64,000 bases of DNA from Chrysomallon squamiferum (Eukaryota; Animalia; Mollusca), in contig CM022670.1 in the NCBI GenBank assembly GCA_012295275.1, forward strand, positions 22,258,001-22,322,000. Direction: 5' to 3'. Below the pieces are notes generated by a model. That model saw only the letters and a list, made by a program, of their open reading frames with translations, was not told the origin of the DNA and searched no databases. Positions within the stretch are counted from its first letter, which is position 1. Every line of letters starts with the position of its first letter. Of this stretch, positions 38,701-51,300 are shown one piece after another. Position numbers and translations under genes: made by a program.

Positions 38701-41585
38701 ATCTGTATGGACACAGAAGTCAGAATAGTCTGAATCCAGAACAAAGTGAAACTCTTGAAGCCGGCGAGTCGGCCACAGTTGTTGAATCAGTCATTGCAGA
38801 AACAGGTAACTAGAGTTACTGTTACAATAACTGATAACTAGACCTGTTGTTACAATAACTGATAACTAGACCTGTTGTTACAGAAACAGATAACTGGACT
38901 TAACATTACAGTATTGGATGCTAGTATTGTGTTGCAGTAACTCATAATTTGATTTGTTACAGAGAAAAGTTAACTAGACATTACAGTAACAGTTAACTAG
39001 AGTTACAGTAACAGATAGTGTGATGATTACTGTAACAAATAACTTAAGTTATGATAATGGTGAGATATATTGCAGAGTTATCATTAGAGTAACTGACAAC
39101 TCGAATCATCCTGTGTTTTTAACCAGAATGTATTTAACACATGTAAATATTTCAGAGGGACATCTGTCAACATTTCGTCAGCATTCTACCACAGAGTATC
39201 TTCCAGGCATGATCCACTCCGAGTCACCTGAAGGTCTTCTGCCCTTGTTTCCTTCCTGGTCTCTGTGTTGTATGGGAAAGTCTAGTCTCTATTCTCACAT
39301 GCATGGTAAGTTACTGCATCATGACATCATACAGTTTGCTTGTGACTTATGAAGATAGCACATAATATATGTTTTCATCAGAGAATTGTTTAACAATGCT
39401 TATTGTGGGCATCATGTCTGACTTAATCAGGAAGTTTTAATTTGTTATTTTTCCTTTTCTTTTCTTTATTTTAAAATTTGTATTTAATTCTTTTTTTTTT
39501 TTTTTTCCCTTTAATTTTTTCCATTTTGTTTCTTCAATATTTCTATTTATTTTATAATAATTCATCTTAATAATGTTTATTATAATTTTTTTGGGCTGTT
39601 TGTTACAGGGTTTGACTTACCCAGTTTTTTAGGTGGTAGTAATTTTCTCTTGCCCTGGGACATAACACTACAGACAGTAAAAGAAAAATGGCCAACAGTT
39701 GGAGAGACAGCAGGAAAGAAAGGAAGACAGAGAAGAGTTCCACAAAAAGGTAGAATTTTTGTCTATTTTGTAAACATTTAATTATTTATTATTATTTATT
39801 AAATTCTTCAAGACTTTTTTTTTTTTTCTTGTGATTTGTTGATGTTGTTTTCATGAATTACACTGACTTTCACTACCAGGATTCAAACTCCCCAAAATAA
39901 GAATTATCTCTCACAATTCATATACTGCTGTCCTATATCTCAGTGACCAGCTTATTTATTATTCATTTGTTGTTGTTTTTTGTATCAGAAATTGGTGAAG
40001 TAACAGTGAGAGCATATCTTGGAATGGAGTATGAATGTCCAAGAGGTCATCGATTCTTCTGTAGTGGACCAGAAAAAATCATCAAGGTGTCCAGTGCTAG
40101 CACTGTCAAGGTAAATTTAATTAAACTGTGAACCTTTTTAGATAAAAGCTTCTTGCTGTTCATTACTAAGAACATTTTCAGAAGTGATGTTACATTCCAG
40201 TCTTCTTATTTATAAAATAATTAATATCTAATTATTATTATTTATAAACAGATCTTGAAGTTTCAAATATTTATTCTTTATATTTTTTTCATGCATGCAG
40301 ACTTCATTTTAATAGCAAATACATAACATTAATCAAAACAGCATTATTTAAAACTTTATTAATTTCTCTCAAGCTTTTATTCCATATTCTTAATTCATAA
40401 TGTCTTGATCAATACTCTCTATCTTATTATATTCTATTTATAGCAAATTTGTCTTTTTTGTTAGACATTCAGATTAATTTAACTTTATATATATATACAC
40501 AGCTTGACCATCATTTTCAAATTCTAAACATCTTGAAAGTTAATTACTGCTGATACATGAGTTATATTACAGTATGTACGTATTTTTTTTAATGTTTTTA
40601 AAATAAAATCAGCTACTGAACATATACATTTTTTGTAATGTTTATGTTGTACAATTTACCAATTTAGAACAGTGACATAACAGCTAAAACACTTTTTTAA
40701 TCACCAGGACAATGCTACAAAACTTCTAACTTTGGACATGCCTTTGTACTGCCCATGTCATTGCAGGTAATTGTATGTTTGTTAAATCTTCTTCAGTTTT
40801 TCCATCTCCTTAGATGTACATTTGGTATATGCTTTATTTAATTTTAAATTCACAAGTGCTTCTATTACAATCCTGATTAATAATTTCAGTTAACATTATG
40901 ATTAGTTAATAAAAAAAAAAAATTTTATCAATATAATTATTAATATTGTGAAATAAGATATATTTTATTTTTATGCAAACAGATTTAAAAACATCCTGAT
41001 CAGAATCATTTTTTAAACAGCTATAATAAAAATCAGTGTTTTTTTTCTTCTGTTGTTTCCAGAAGCACTAAAAGTTACATTGCTCAGTTGATGCGTGTGT
41101 ACGTGGTGACTCCAGAGAGTTCTGTTAAGATCATGTTAAAGCCTGTAGTTCAGCCTTCAATCTCTCCCACCCCTCTGTTTGAACCAGGAAATGACTCTCC
41201 ACTGGAACTGACGCAAGGAAGTATATGGGTGCTCAGACTGCCGTATCTTTTTGTATTTAATTACATATGTTACACATTGCAGAATTTAGTTCACACTGCA
41301 AAATACCGTTATGAAGTTTTAAGTATACATTAATTTGCTGATAGAAAACTATGCAGTTACAGTTTAAATACAGGAAATAATTAAGTTTTAAGTTTTATTT
41401 TTGTTATAGTGTTAATAGAAAATACAATACTTCACAGGATACTTCTAGATTTTAATGAAGTTTCCTTAACTGTAACAAGTCATGTTTATCTTGGAGATCA
41501 TGGTGTGTACGCGATGCCTACTGATCCTCAGCATCTGCATGCCTGTCGTTTACTCAAAGGAATGTTCTCTTACAAAGAAGCTTGA
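25498..41585 (+). CDS. SMG8: Nonsense-mediated mRNA decay factor SMG8 (about 22 coding exons)
   Basis: Spliced exons give [171 protein letters not shown]; stop TGA 41583-41585. Confidence 0.95.
26543..26662. mobile_element. Truncated MITE-like end
   Basis: Repeated GTAATTGTAA motifs ending GTAATTGTAATTGAACCCAACCCT, resembling a common invertebrate MITE terminus; partner TIR not found. Confidence 0.35.
26663..26728. repeat. (CA)n microsatellite
   Basis: About 33 CA units just upstream of the SMG8 exon 2 acceptor. Confidence 0.95.
27230..27900 (-). mobile_element. pogo/Tigger DDE transposase pseudogene inside SMG8 intron 2
   Basis: Minus strand 27463-27293 reads [56 protein letters not shown], matching the Tigger core FNxDETGLFYxxLPxKTL...[29 protein letters not shown]. 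Outer boundaries are approximate. Confidence 0.88.
31678..32932 (-). other. Nested antisense spliced ORF (136 aa) or decayed gene in an SMG8 intron
   Basis: Exons 32932-32812 (donor G|GTATG) and 31967-31678 (acceptor ttttcAG) join in phase 1: [61 protein letters not shown]...ETRSN*. Confidence 0.5.
31968..32400. repeat. Degenerate AT-rich minisatellite (about 50-nt units)
   Basis: Recurring CTGAAATAAT..TAACTAAAGA..TTTAAATATT and TGAAGGTAAAAATTAGTAACT..AATATTTAAAT units. Confidence 0.75.
34665..34952. mobile_element. Possible short MITE with imperfect terminal inverted repeats
   Basis: AGGGCTTGCA ... TGTGAGCCCT (8/10 complementary) enclosing an (AAT)n tract. Confidence 0.3.
37135..37222 (+). 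mobile_element. Degenerate SINE-like repeat fragment
   Basis: ATGCACATTAAAGATGTCTTGCTG...CCTAACCATATGTCTGACAGTACATAACCGTA; homologous to 11826-11925 and to the reverse complement of 53705-53770. Confidence 0.6.
38808..39020. repeat. About 28-nt tandem repeat directly after an SMG8 donor site
   Basis: TAACTAGACCTGTTGTTACAATAACTGA repeated, decaying downstream. Confidence 0.8.
41243..41479 (+). other. U12-type GT-AG intron (last intron of SMG8)
   Basis: Donor GTATCTTT; branch point TTCCTTAAC at 41462-41470, 9 nt from an AAG acceptor with no polypyrimidine tract; splicing restores [12 protein letters not shown]. Confidence 0.85.
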
Positions 41586-43761
41586 ACAAGATACCAGGTA
41601 TTTTCTGAATGTATTGGAAGTCACCAAAAAGCTGGACTTGTTTTAGAAAAAAATCTAGAACAATCCTTCAGTGTCAACCATAGTGAGGTGTTCAAGGTTC
41701 TTACTCAATTTTGGTTAACCAAAGAGTGAAACTGAAATCTGGATAGCAAGTATCCAAATTACTGATTTTCAGATCACATGCTATGAGGAATCAACCAAAT
41801 ACAGATATGTGATGAGAAATGTATGTGAAGGAGATTTTAAAATGCCAAAAATACTTCTGCAAAAGATGTACTGTTTATATTGAACCTATGTTTTAAAGTG
41901 TTAATTTTGAAACAGAATTTTTTTTTTATACCATTCACATTAATTTCAAACAATAAATATTGTTTGAATTGTTAAAACTTAAATTTCGTAAATCAAAAGG
42001 AAAAGGTATAATGACAATTAGTTGTAAGCCAGCATTGTTTAGAATTGTGGATGGAAATCTGTCAGAAGAATCATCAGGAGGAATTATTTAAATATTAAAT
42101 AAGATTATTTGACATCTGAAAAAATAATTGTTAAAATTATTCATTTATTTGTTGTCTAAAAATGTTCAGTGTGAAAGGAATGTTATGTTCTCACTTAATA
42201 AATAAATGAATATTCATTGAATAATTTAGCCATTTTATATATATAATGAGACAGTTTATCATATATATTAATATATATTATTTCTTTATTAAAATGGAAT
42301 ACATCTAAGTAATTTGTGATAACATACCAGTAACAATTGCCATATTGACAAAAGGTAATCCAATAGATTGAATTCAAGTATACAAAAGCAAGAAAACAAT
42401 ACAAAACAAAGAAACAAAAAAAGAGAAAGAGACAGAGAAAAGTGTAGTCCAGTGATTATTCAAACTTTGAATCAAAGTAGTTTTTAAAAATCCTGTAAGA
42501 TATAATGCAACAACAAATGTTTTCTGTAAATGATTTTATTAAAATCTAAATTCATTTAATGGTGGTCTAAGTGGTATTAACTTGTTATCTTTTTGGCTCT
42601 CCAACAAGTTTTTAGAATTTTAAAAATATTAAAAAGTCAGCAGAAACTTTATTTTACTTCACATATCTATTTGATTTATATATATTAATAAACACAACTG
42701 GTCTATCACAAAATCTGATAAAATATTATCAAAATAAACTGTATATCAATTATCAAAATACCCTATTAAGAACACAAAATGTCGCTAGCAAACCCGCATA
42801 AATATTCAATAAAAGGACAAAAAAATAAATATATATATATATACAAGCTATTAGTTGCTTTTTAACAAGAAAACAGAATCTGCATATTTTCTTTTGTTTT
42901 AATTTGTGTTACAAAAACAAAAAAAACCCCACAAATTATAACAAAATACTTAAAAATGAATAAAGGATATTAAAAGATAAAATATGTATTTCCAACAAGC
43001 AAGAAAAAAGTATTATTTTTCTGTATGTATCAGGAAAAATTTAGGAATGGAACATGACATACATGACATAGGGAAATAAGAAAATGAAGAAAAAAAACCT
43101 TAAACAATTGTATTGTTTCTTTTCTTTAATTTTATATTGTTTTAACTGTCTACCTTTGATGTAATTTGCAGGAATATGGATAAGAGGGGCACTTCCATTA
43201 TAAAGTTTAAACATACCTGTCAATGAAAATAGGAGGAACATGGTTAGTGTAGCAGTATTTAAATTCTGTAAAAATTTGTTATGAACAAGTGTCTTTCTGC
43301 ATGGTTTTGAAATGAGTTCATACCTTAAAGTGTCGAATACTGTTGTAATTATTTAACAAAACAAGTAGAAAGGTTTTTTGAAATTAGTTCCTGATGCCTA
43401 ATATCAGCTGACAGTGGAGAAGAAGAAAAAGGAAAGAAACTGCAGTGAAATTAAAAAAAAAAAAAAAAAAAACGTAAAAACAACAGCATTTCTACTGGTA
43501 AAATGAGAAAGGTGACATTTAAATCATTTCCAGTTAATTACATATAACAGTGATATTCTGGTAATATTTTCACAACAATCATCTTTAAAAACTTAAACAA
43601 CCAATTTTTTTTTTTTTGATAAAAAATATAATGCGTAACATTTTTAATAAATAGTCAGACAGTCATTGAGCAAAAAACAAAACACCAACAAACAATTAAA
43701 TATAAACTTAAAATGGACGGTAGAAATTGCAGTTTATTTTGTTATACAGCATTGAAAAATG

Positions 43762-46649
43762 TCACAGATCCAGTATCCTGGGATCTTTTGGAAAACTGAC
43801 AGGCTGAACTCCAGCTGCCTTCAGTAAGTCATTGATTGGTGCATGGTCAGTGGATGACTGGTCAATGTGTGAATAATGCAAAACATTGCCTGAAACCCCC
43901 AAAAACAAGTCACTATAAGTATTTATGCGATATTTAAAATTTTAATTTTGACTTTAAATTTTGATTTAGAATTTTTGAAAGTACTCAAAAAATTATAATA
44001 AAACATTAATTGGATCTGTTATTTCAACCTAAACTAGATTCCCACTGAAATGAAAATATTTTACTCTCTATTATTTAACAAGAGAAATAATATACTAGAT
44101 ATACAATTTTGATGTATGTCATGTGACCTATAAATAAAAACAAACACTGCACCTGGACCAATGACAAGAGCACAACCCTGTTGTTGAATGTCACCTTGAT
44201 ACGTTCTTGATTCTTCTTTCATTGCCCGCCAGGTACTTCTCAAAACACCCATAACAAAACCTGACTTAATATGCTTGCTGTCTGAAAATAAATACAAATT
44301 TTACTTTTCTTAATTCATCTTTTCAATCTCAAAACATATAAAAACTAACTTTATGTATTGTGCAGACACTGTGAAATATTTATCACTAGTAATGTTAATA
44401 AATGTATCAAATGAGATTTTAATATCCACCAGCATACCATAAAATATAAAATAAAATGGAAAATTTTAAATGGAAAATTTTGTTTCAAGAGCTTAAACAA
44501 AATCTTAGCTATACTGCCACTATTATATGTAAGTTACAGGTATATAATATTTATACTTTTCAAATCTCCCACTCCAATTTTTTTCAGACAGCCCAGTGCT
44601 TTGTAGAGTTCAAGATCTGGGTCACAGTACAGTGTCTGTTGATATCCAGTTGCCTCCTTGAATGACTGAAAAAAAAAAAAAAAAATTAAATAAATTATAT
44701 CTATACATAAGTTCATATTTCATGTTAGATTAGAAATAGTCATTGCAAAATCTGTTTTCTGGACAAATGTTCTTGTAGAATGATTGTCATATAAACCAGG
44801 ATCAAAATTTGAAGAATTTTTTTAAACTATGTTTGCTGTAAAAATCAAAGCTATGGAATTTGTATTACCTTGAGAGAGAAAAAATTAATCTGTTATTTTT
44901 CTAAAAATGAAATTGAAACAACATTCCACCTACCTTGATAAACCTGTAAGGTGCTGGTCCTATTATCACCAGCCTAACATCAGCTTCCTAGCAAAAAGAA
45001 CATGGTCAAATGAATTCAGATAAAATAACTAACATACATGTTATATAAAAACTTGAAGTTACTGTCTTACTGCTACACCTATGGAATGTCACAAAGTAAA
45101 TAATGAACAAATAATAGATAAAAAATTTTAAAAAAAATAATAATATTAATAAACAAACAAAATAAGTAAGTTATTTCCTATCTGAAAATCACTATAATGG
45201 TTTGAATGTTTGTATGCTTACCCATTTTACTACAGAATAAATAATTTAATTATATAGAATGTTGTGTTGTTGTTTTTCTTACATTTTGCTTGAAGAAAAA
45301 TGTTGATGAAAACAGAACTTTTTAACAGCATCCTGACACTAATTGTCATATATTATTATTATTATAGAAAAAAATAAAAAATAAAAGAGTATCATTTTAA
45401 AAACAAAAAAGGGTTGATGACACTTACCTGTAGATATTCTACAGGAATGAGTGCAAAGTCTGCAGTAAACAAATATAAAAATTATTATATTTGAGACAAA
45501 TAAAATTTTACATGTACATTTACAACATTCAACATTTATATCCCATATTTATATTCTTTCTCACATATTAATAAAGAACAAAATAAATAATAACAATTAA
45601 AATAATTAAATAAAAATAAATATTTTATGCCACTATTTGACTGAATTTGTACATAAAAATGATTAAAATGGATAACCTATGATCTGAAAATACACATATA
45701 AAGTAAAAAAAAAATTAAAACAACATTTTACCTTCCACATATTCCTTTGAGATAAAATCAAGAAAATGCTGTAAAAATAAAAAAGAACTTGAATTAATAA
45801 TATATTGTGCAGTCCTCTTATTATTTGATATAAAATGTTCAATTCATTTATAAATATTAATGGCACTTGCTATTAAAAAGAATAGCCATTATTTTTTTTA
45901 TTAGCTAAATATTTTGATTGATAATACCAACAGTTTTGTTTCACACTTTTTAGATATTTGCTCTGATTGTTTCTGGGTTGTTGTTTTTTTGGTTTTTTTA
46001 ATGTTGTTTTTTCTTTTGTATTGATTATTTTATTTTCATTTTATTTTATTTTATTTATTAATTTATGCGTGTGTAATAATTTCTTTCTTTCTTTCTTTCT
46101 TTTAAACAATAATAAAAATAATTGTGATTATCGATGTTCTGGTTGTCAGATTCGTTGTGGATTCTTATCAAAGTGACAGGTATTCTTTATGGTTTTGGTT
46201 ATATGATATAACACTATTAACATTTAACTGTCACTAGTAATGTGTAATGTGTAATTTGTCATTTATTACCAAATTTTCACAAACTAGTTAAATCTTCTTT
46301 ACAGTTTTCGTATGCAAATGTAAATATGTCATGCCATGATTCATGTGGCATACCTGTTATTAAATATATATGCAAGACGAGATTCACCCAAAACGACTAA
46401 AGAAATTAAAACAAAGATATTTCAGGCTTAAGCTCAGAACTTTCGATAACTTACCCTTACAAATACAATAATTGTCTTTTGCTTCTTATAAATATCTCCA
46501 AATCTAATCTTATTGCCCGTTTCATTGAAAACGAATAGATTCTCAGCTCTGGAGAAGTCCAAGTCTAATTCAGGTTTCAGACCTCGAGATATTTTGATAT
46601 TTCGAACTTCTTCAAGAATGCTATCTTCCTTTTCTACTATATCTGTCAT
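43762..46649 (-). CDS. PRXL2C: Peroxiredoxin-like 2C (AAED1/SelU family), 7 exons
   Basis: Exons 46649-46455, 45768-45732, 45459-45428, 44987-44934, 44665-44557, 44281-44153, 43889-43762 give IIVFVRHFLDFISKEYVEDFALIPVEYLQEADVRLVIIG...LYCDPDLELYKALG...QGDIQQQGCALVIGPGNVLHYSH...DHAPINDLL. Confidence 0.92.
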
Positions 46650-46840
46650 CTTGTTTAATAACTGGTTTTTATTCTTATGCTGATTTCTTCATGTAGTTTT
46701 CAAAAGCAAACACAAGAAACCAGTCGTTTACTTGACTCGTCATGCTTCGTGTTATTTGTTGTTTATCATGGCAACAGCTTCTTTTGTGCAAGTAAACAAT
46801 TACATAAAAAAAATCAAATTTGTGAATGCCTTATATCAGC

Positions 46841-46875
<35 letters not shown>

Positions 46876-48393
46876 TTAATTTTAAAAATAATAACAAAAA
46901 TAATAAATAATAATAATTTTGATTTTCCATGTAAATTATTGAATCTTTTATATTCAATTATAAGTTGTTCATTATTTTAATTTTACATATTAAAAAATAA
47001 AATTAATAATAAAGTCATTATTACATTTAAAAAATGTTTAAAAAAATTGTTGTTTTTTGTTTGTTATATAATGCCAGGAGTAATTTATTTTTATATAGAT
47101 TGATTACTTCAGTTCCCGATTATTTTTTACATAAAAACTTCTGTGGGCATCTGTTACATTTTGCATTCAGACATGCCATATAATAATACAATACTTCTCC
47201 AAGTTTACTTTCTAAAATATTTTAAAGAACACTCAAACACTTTGGCAAGTTATTGTTTTATTTCATATATCATTTCGTAATTCATTATTTTACTAGCTGC
47301 CATATGAACAATGATATTTAAAATGAAATATATTTATAAAATAAACAGTGGAAATAAAAACACACATCAATTCAAAACAAATCTTAGAATATTAACATTC
47401 ACCAATATATATTTTCCCCAGTGACAGAAAATATAATGTCCTGATTATAATTAATATAATTTTAGAAAACATCACCTATTCCAAACAATCAATACTAATG
47501 ATAAGAAAATATATTTGAGTATATTATTTTAATTGCACCCAGTGAGATAATACAAACATTCATAATTTAAGATAAAAAGTTATAAAAAAAATTGTGCTCA
47601 TAATTCTTTGGCCAGTTAATATATACTGAATGGTTTATTATACACAGAAATAATAATGTGTAGATTGTATTAAATATAATTTTGTATAAATATAATTTAT
47701 AATTTTAAAATTACACGATGCCAGCTCAGTGATAGAGAAAAAACATTAAACATTGAATTTATTTCAGTCACATAAATTTTGTACATTATTTTCTGAACAT
47801 TAACAACAGATAATAATAATTAAAAAAATAAAAAAATAAATAAACAAAAAATAATTAAAAAAAATAAAACTGTCAATTTTTTATTTTGAATGTACACTTT
47901 ACTGAACAGGTCTCAATTAGTATAAAAGAAAACTAGTAAAAAGTTTATCAAATTCTAAATTTTAACAGAAATGGATTTAATCAAATGTATTAAGGTATAG
48001 ATCCCAATAAAGAGAACGTATCACAAAACATTTTTTTACATTATTCAGTTAATTCTGTGAAATTCTCCTATTTAAGCAAGAAACTGTATTTAGGATCACA
48101 GGTATCTATAAATTTATATCTAATCTATAAATTTATATTTTATTTATAAAAATAATATTAACGTTTGATGCACTGCATACGTTTTGTTCACTCAACACAC
48201 ATTCAAGTACCAGTATGAAGCAGGATTGGCAATGTAATATAAGTATGCATGATTTTTCTGTTAAAAATCATATTACAAAGACCAAAACTTAGTTTAATAT
48301 ATATGACATCTTCCTTCTAGACTAAGTACAACATACTGCTGAAATAGATATTTTTGTTTAATAATTGTTAGTCGGTTCAATTTTTAAAATCTG

Positions 48394-51300
48394 TTATTTG
48401 TCATCTGTAAAAGCTTGTAATCCTGTGATAGCTCTTCCTAGAATCAAAGCATGAATATCATGGGTTCCTACAAAAAATTAAAAAAATTATAGTAATAACA
48501 AAAATTAATTAATGAACATCATGTAATATAAATGTTTTTCAAGCAAGGAATAAGTACTATTTATTATAAATGCATAAACCATTCCAGAAAAAAAAAGAAG
48601 CTTATATGACATTTTCCTCAACAATTTTTATTAAAATATTTGTAAAAAAACAACAATAATAATAAGAGGAAGAAGAAGAAGAAGAAGAAGAAGAAGAAGA
48701 AGAAGAAGAAGAAGAAGAAGAAGAAAAAGAAAAAGAATAATAAATAAATGAATAAATGAATAAATGAATAAAATAAAAATTGTCATAAGGAATAAATGCA
48801 ACAGTAATCTACATTGCATTGTCAAATGGCTTTAGTTATTAGTAGGACTATACTGCAAAAATATATTCCATATTCTTTCCAAGGTAATTATTATAAAGTC
48901 AACAAAACTGTTTTCACCTTCATAGGTGTTGACTGCCTCCAAGTTCATAACATGTCTAATAATGTGATATTCATCTGATATTCCATTACCACCAAGCATG
49001 TCTCTTGCCATCCGAGCAATATCTAATGCTTTTCCACAAGAATTTCTTTTAACCAATGAAATCATTTCTGGTGCCACTCTTGAATTTTTATAAACAAAGA
49101 AGAAAAAAAGAAGAAATAAAATAAAGTAGTATTAAAGAATATGTTTATATATACAGTATATATTAAAGCACTATATTTGGTTTTGTATTTGTAACATTTA
49201 TTAAAAATTATTTAAAAAAAAAAAAAAAAAAAGGGAGATTAACATGTTTATTTCTGAAAGCTTCATTAAAATAAAAATAAAAATATTTTTAGCCTCACTC
49301 TGACAAAGATTAATTAAAGGAATTAAAAATTTTTTAAATAATAAAAATTAAATTATTGCAACATCATATATAAAAAGATAAAAAAATACAAGCAAACGCC
49401 TTTTTTAAAAAGAAATAAAAAAGAAAAACAATGCGAGAATTTTTTTTCTTCCAATTTTATAAAGCCACTACTTACTTTAATTCAGACAAAATACTTACTT
49501 CCCCTGATCTATGAGTCGGCCAACTTGTAGACAGGAATGTAACCCTAGTGTTATTTCTGTTAGCATGTCAGCCATTTTTTTCTGTATCAGCTGATTTTTT
49601 GCCAAGGGTCGTTGAAATTGTTTTCTAAAAAGGAAAAATATATACATTTAGAAGAAATATATCATTATAATTGTTATTAATTCTCTGACCACTAAAAAAT
49701 AAGGGGTTTTTTGTTTCTTAACTAGAATTTAAGCATTAAATCTTTAGTTAAATATGCTTACACAGATATATATAATTATATACTAATATATTTACTAATC
49801 AATTAAAATAAATGGAAGATTTTTGGTTTTTTATCTTTGTAATATATTTGGATCTATGAAGTAACTACCATTAAAAACTAAATAAATAAATAAAAGGCAG
49901 TAAACCTGTCCAGAGTGTACTGTCTAACTGTTTCCAAACAGAATTCTGCAGCACCCAATGCTCCAAATGCTATACCATATCTTGCATTACTTAAACAACC
50001 AAATGGTCCCTGTAGAAAAAACAACAAAAAAAACAACATTTGTATAAAACATTTTTTAATCAAAATAATTTAAATCAATAGAAAAAAAAAGAAAACTATA
50101 ATAATAATAATAATTTTTCTTAATTGTTTCAAAATCAGGCATATATAAAGATGTGATTTATTAAAAGTAGTTTGAAGAGAATATGCCTAGGTCACTGCTG
50201 AACACTACAATGATATTATCTTACTGCAAGGCCACTGGCATTTGGTAAAAGATTGTCTTCAGGAACTTCAACATCTTCCATGACTATCTGACCAGTGGTA
50301 CTGGCTCGCAGGGAAAATTTGCCCTCAATTCTTGGTGCAGAAAGACCTTTCATTCCTTTCTCCAAAATAAAGCCACGTATTCTATTATTGTCAGCGTCAC
50401 ATTTAGCCCATACTATGAATATATCTGCTACAGGAGAATTGGTGATCCTTTAAAAAATAATAGTAAATATTTAAGACAAACAAATAATAAATATGGAGAA
50501 ATGATTTAGTGGTTAACAAGAGACAAAATTATCTACTATATTTGCTTAATTTTGCAACATTGTAAATATTATTTGAACAAATACAAATTTTTGGAAAGAT
50601 AAGATTAGGCAAGCACTAAATAGGTTTAAAAAAGTAAAAAATTATTAAATGTCATACCATGTTTTAGTTCCATTCAGAATAAAAGCCCTCTTTGACACAT
50701 CATACTTGGCTGTGGACTCCATTGATCCAGGATCACTTCCATGATTGGGTTCTGTTAATCCAAAGCATCCTATAAGTTCACCTGTGGCTGAAAATACAAA
50801 AAAACTTTTGAAAGTTTTACTTAAAATTTAAACTAAAATTATACTCGGTATGATAACTAGATTATACATAAATGTAATAGGCAATGTTAATTTACAACAA
50901 TTCCCATTTTCAGTTAAATTAATTTTGTACTTTATAATTGGAAAAAATATTCCATACTTTATAAACTTAACACTTAATATACTGAAAAGTAGTATTTATT
51001 ATATAATTATTATTCCAATACACATGTACACAGGGATAAACATATAATGATTTAGTATACTTCATGTTATTTGTGGTTTCACAGGTGTCTATTTAATGCA
51101 ATTCATTTTATCTCTCTGGTTGCTTTTCTTTTTCTGAAATTATAGTACTGCTCTAAATGAACTCTTGCTAATTCACAAATTAAGAATTACCTAGTCTAGG
51201 AATATACTTCTCTTTTTGATTGTCTGTTCCATAAGCTGAAATTGGCCACATGACTAGACTGGACTGAACACTCATTGCAGAACGGTAACTGCTGTCAACT

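Noticed and set aside
38808-39020. Tandem 28-nt repeats as a CRISPR-like array
   Set aside because: No unique spacers and eukaryotic intronic context; an ordinary minisatellite.
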